Shown here one piece after another: positions 22,701 to 23,062 of a DNA stretch of 23,062 nt. A model generated the notes under the pieces. It was not told where the DNA came from. It saw nothing but the letters and a program-made list of their open reading frames with translations, and made no database searches. The position numbers and the translations under genes were made by a program. Position 1 is the first letter of the stretch. Each line of letters starts with the position of its first letter. Where the stretch lies: contig CAZRQS010000021.1 in NCBI GenBank assembly GCA_964602255.1, positions 1 to 23,062 of the forward strand, given 5' to 3'. The DNA comes from an uncultured bacterium. Its GTDB lineage: Bacteria > Vulcanimicrobiota > Vulcanimicrobiia > Vulcanimicrobiales > Vulcanimicrobiaceae.

Positions 22701-23062
22701 GGCAGATTAGTCGAACTACCGGCAACGCCTAGCTGCCGGTGCCGAATACCGGATCGACTTCGAGCCTTTTATGCGGAAATTCCACGGAATGGCTACGCGC
22801 CGTGGCATGGCGGCAAAAGCGGGCAACAAAGTAATCATCCGCAGCTGAACGCGCGAAACGGAAAGTGATGCATTAACAGCCGGCTGATCTGCACCGGCGC
22901 GCTGGCTAAACGGCAACGCATGCGAGCGTCTCGGTCACGGTCCCCAAGAATACGCCCGCACTAATCCCGAGCTGCTCCCAGATCGATCGGACGCGCGAGT
23001 TCCATTTACTTCTGGAATTCCCGCCAGCTTTTGTGCAGTTCCGTTTTCTTATGGAACCTACA

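Noticed and set aside
22718-22740. Hairpin ACCGGCA-N9-TGCCGGT upstream of the nrtR promoter
   Set aside because: It has no U-tract on either side and no gene it could terminate. Possibly structural, but not supportable as a terminator.
22517-22916. Arg-rich ORFs 22557-22868(+), 22517-22699(-), 22716-22916(-)
   Set aside because: Extreme Arg/Gly/Pro low-complexity compositions and mutual overlap. They are typical GC-skew artefacts.
23006-23062. Possible C-terminal end of a - strand gene entering from the right edge (…CRFHKKTELHKSWREFQK*)
   Set aside because: Only 18 codons are visible, too short to evaluate.
1-23062. Mobile-element signatures (transposase, integrase, terminal inverted repeats, attachment-site repeats) flanking the metal island
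   Set aside because: No transposase or integrase domains were seen in any frame, and no obvious long terminal inverted repeats. The island appears chromosomally embedded, at least within this window.

Overview
High-GC bacterial chromosomal window, densely coding on both strands, with no IS elements, integrases, CRISPR arrays or rRNA/tRNA genes seen. All calls below rest on motif-level reading of the supplied six-frame translations and on hand inspection of the intergenic DNA; no database search or folding was run.

Left to right:
- a GAF-GGDEF diguanylate cyclase;
- a HAD-family hydrolase;
- a secreted tandem-domain Met/His-rich putative Cu-binding protein, downstream of a Crp/Fnr regulator and an NAD(P)HX epimerase (YjeF_N);
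- a tightly coupled sugar operon on the + strand (4747-9843): GDE_C-like six-hairpin glycosidase, glucose-1-dehydrogenase-like SDR, xylose-isomerase-like TIM barrel, mutarotase-like DUF4432;
- a convergent - strand operon (13520-9846): GH130-like glycosidase/phosphorylase, aquaporin, GMC flavin oxidoreductase, CBS-pair protein;
- a metal/redox island (13628-19706);
- an NrtR, SPFH/band-7, NAD-kinase-like operon on the - strand (22656-20024).

The metal/redox island holds a MerA-like class-I disulfide oxidoreductase lacking the C-terminal Cys pair, an AhpD/CMD CxxC protein, a DUF318/ArsP-like permease with an inserted YHS metal-binding domain, a bona fide merA ending in the LSCC motif, a palindromic divergent promoter, an ArsR/SmtB-family regulator and merT.

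The most unusual signal is the last gene of the mer operon. It is a lipoprotein with a TlpA/redoxin-like thioredoxin fold whose redox motif position is occupied by an in-frame TGA (predicted U-x-x-C). A GC-rich hairpin follows at the spacing expected for a bacterial SECIS element. It is therefore either a selenocysteine-containing periplasmic Hg(II)-handling redoxin or a recently inactivated gene.
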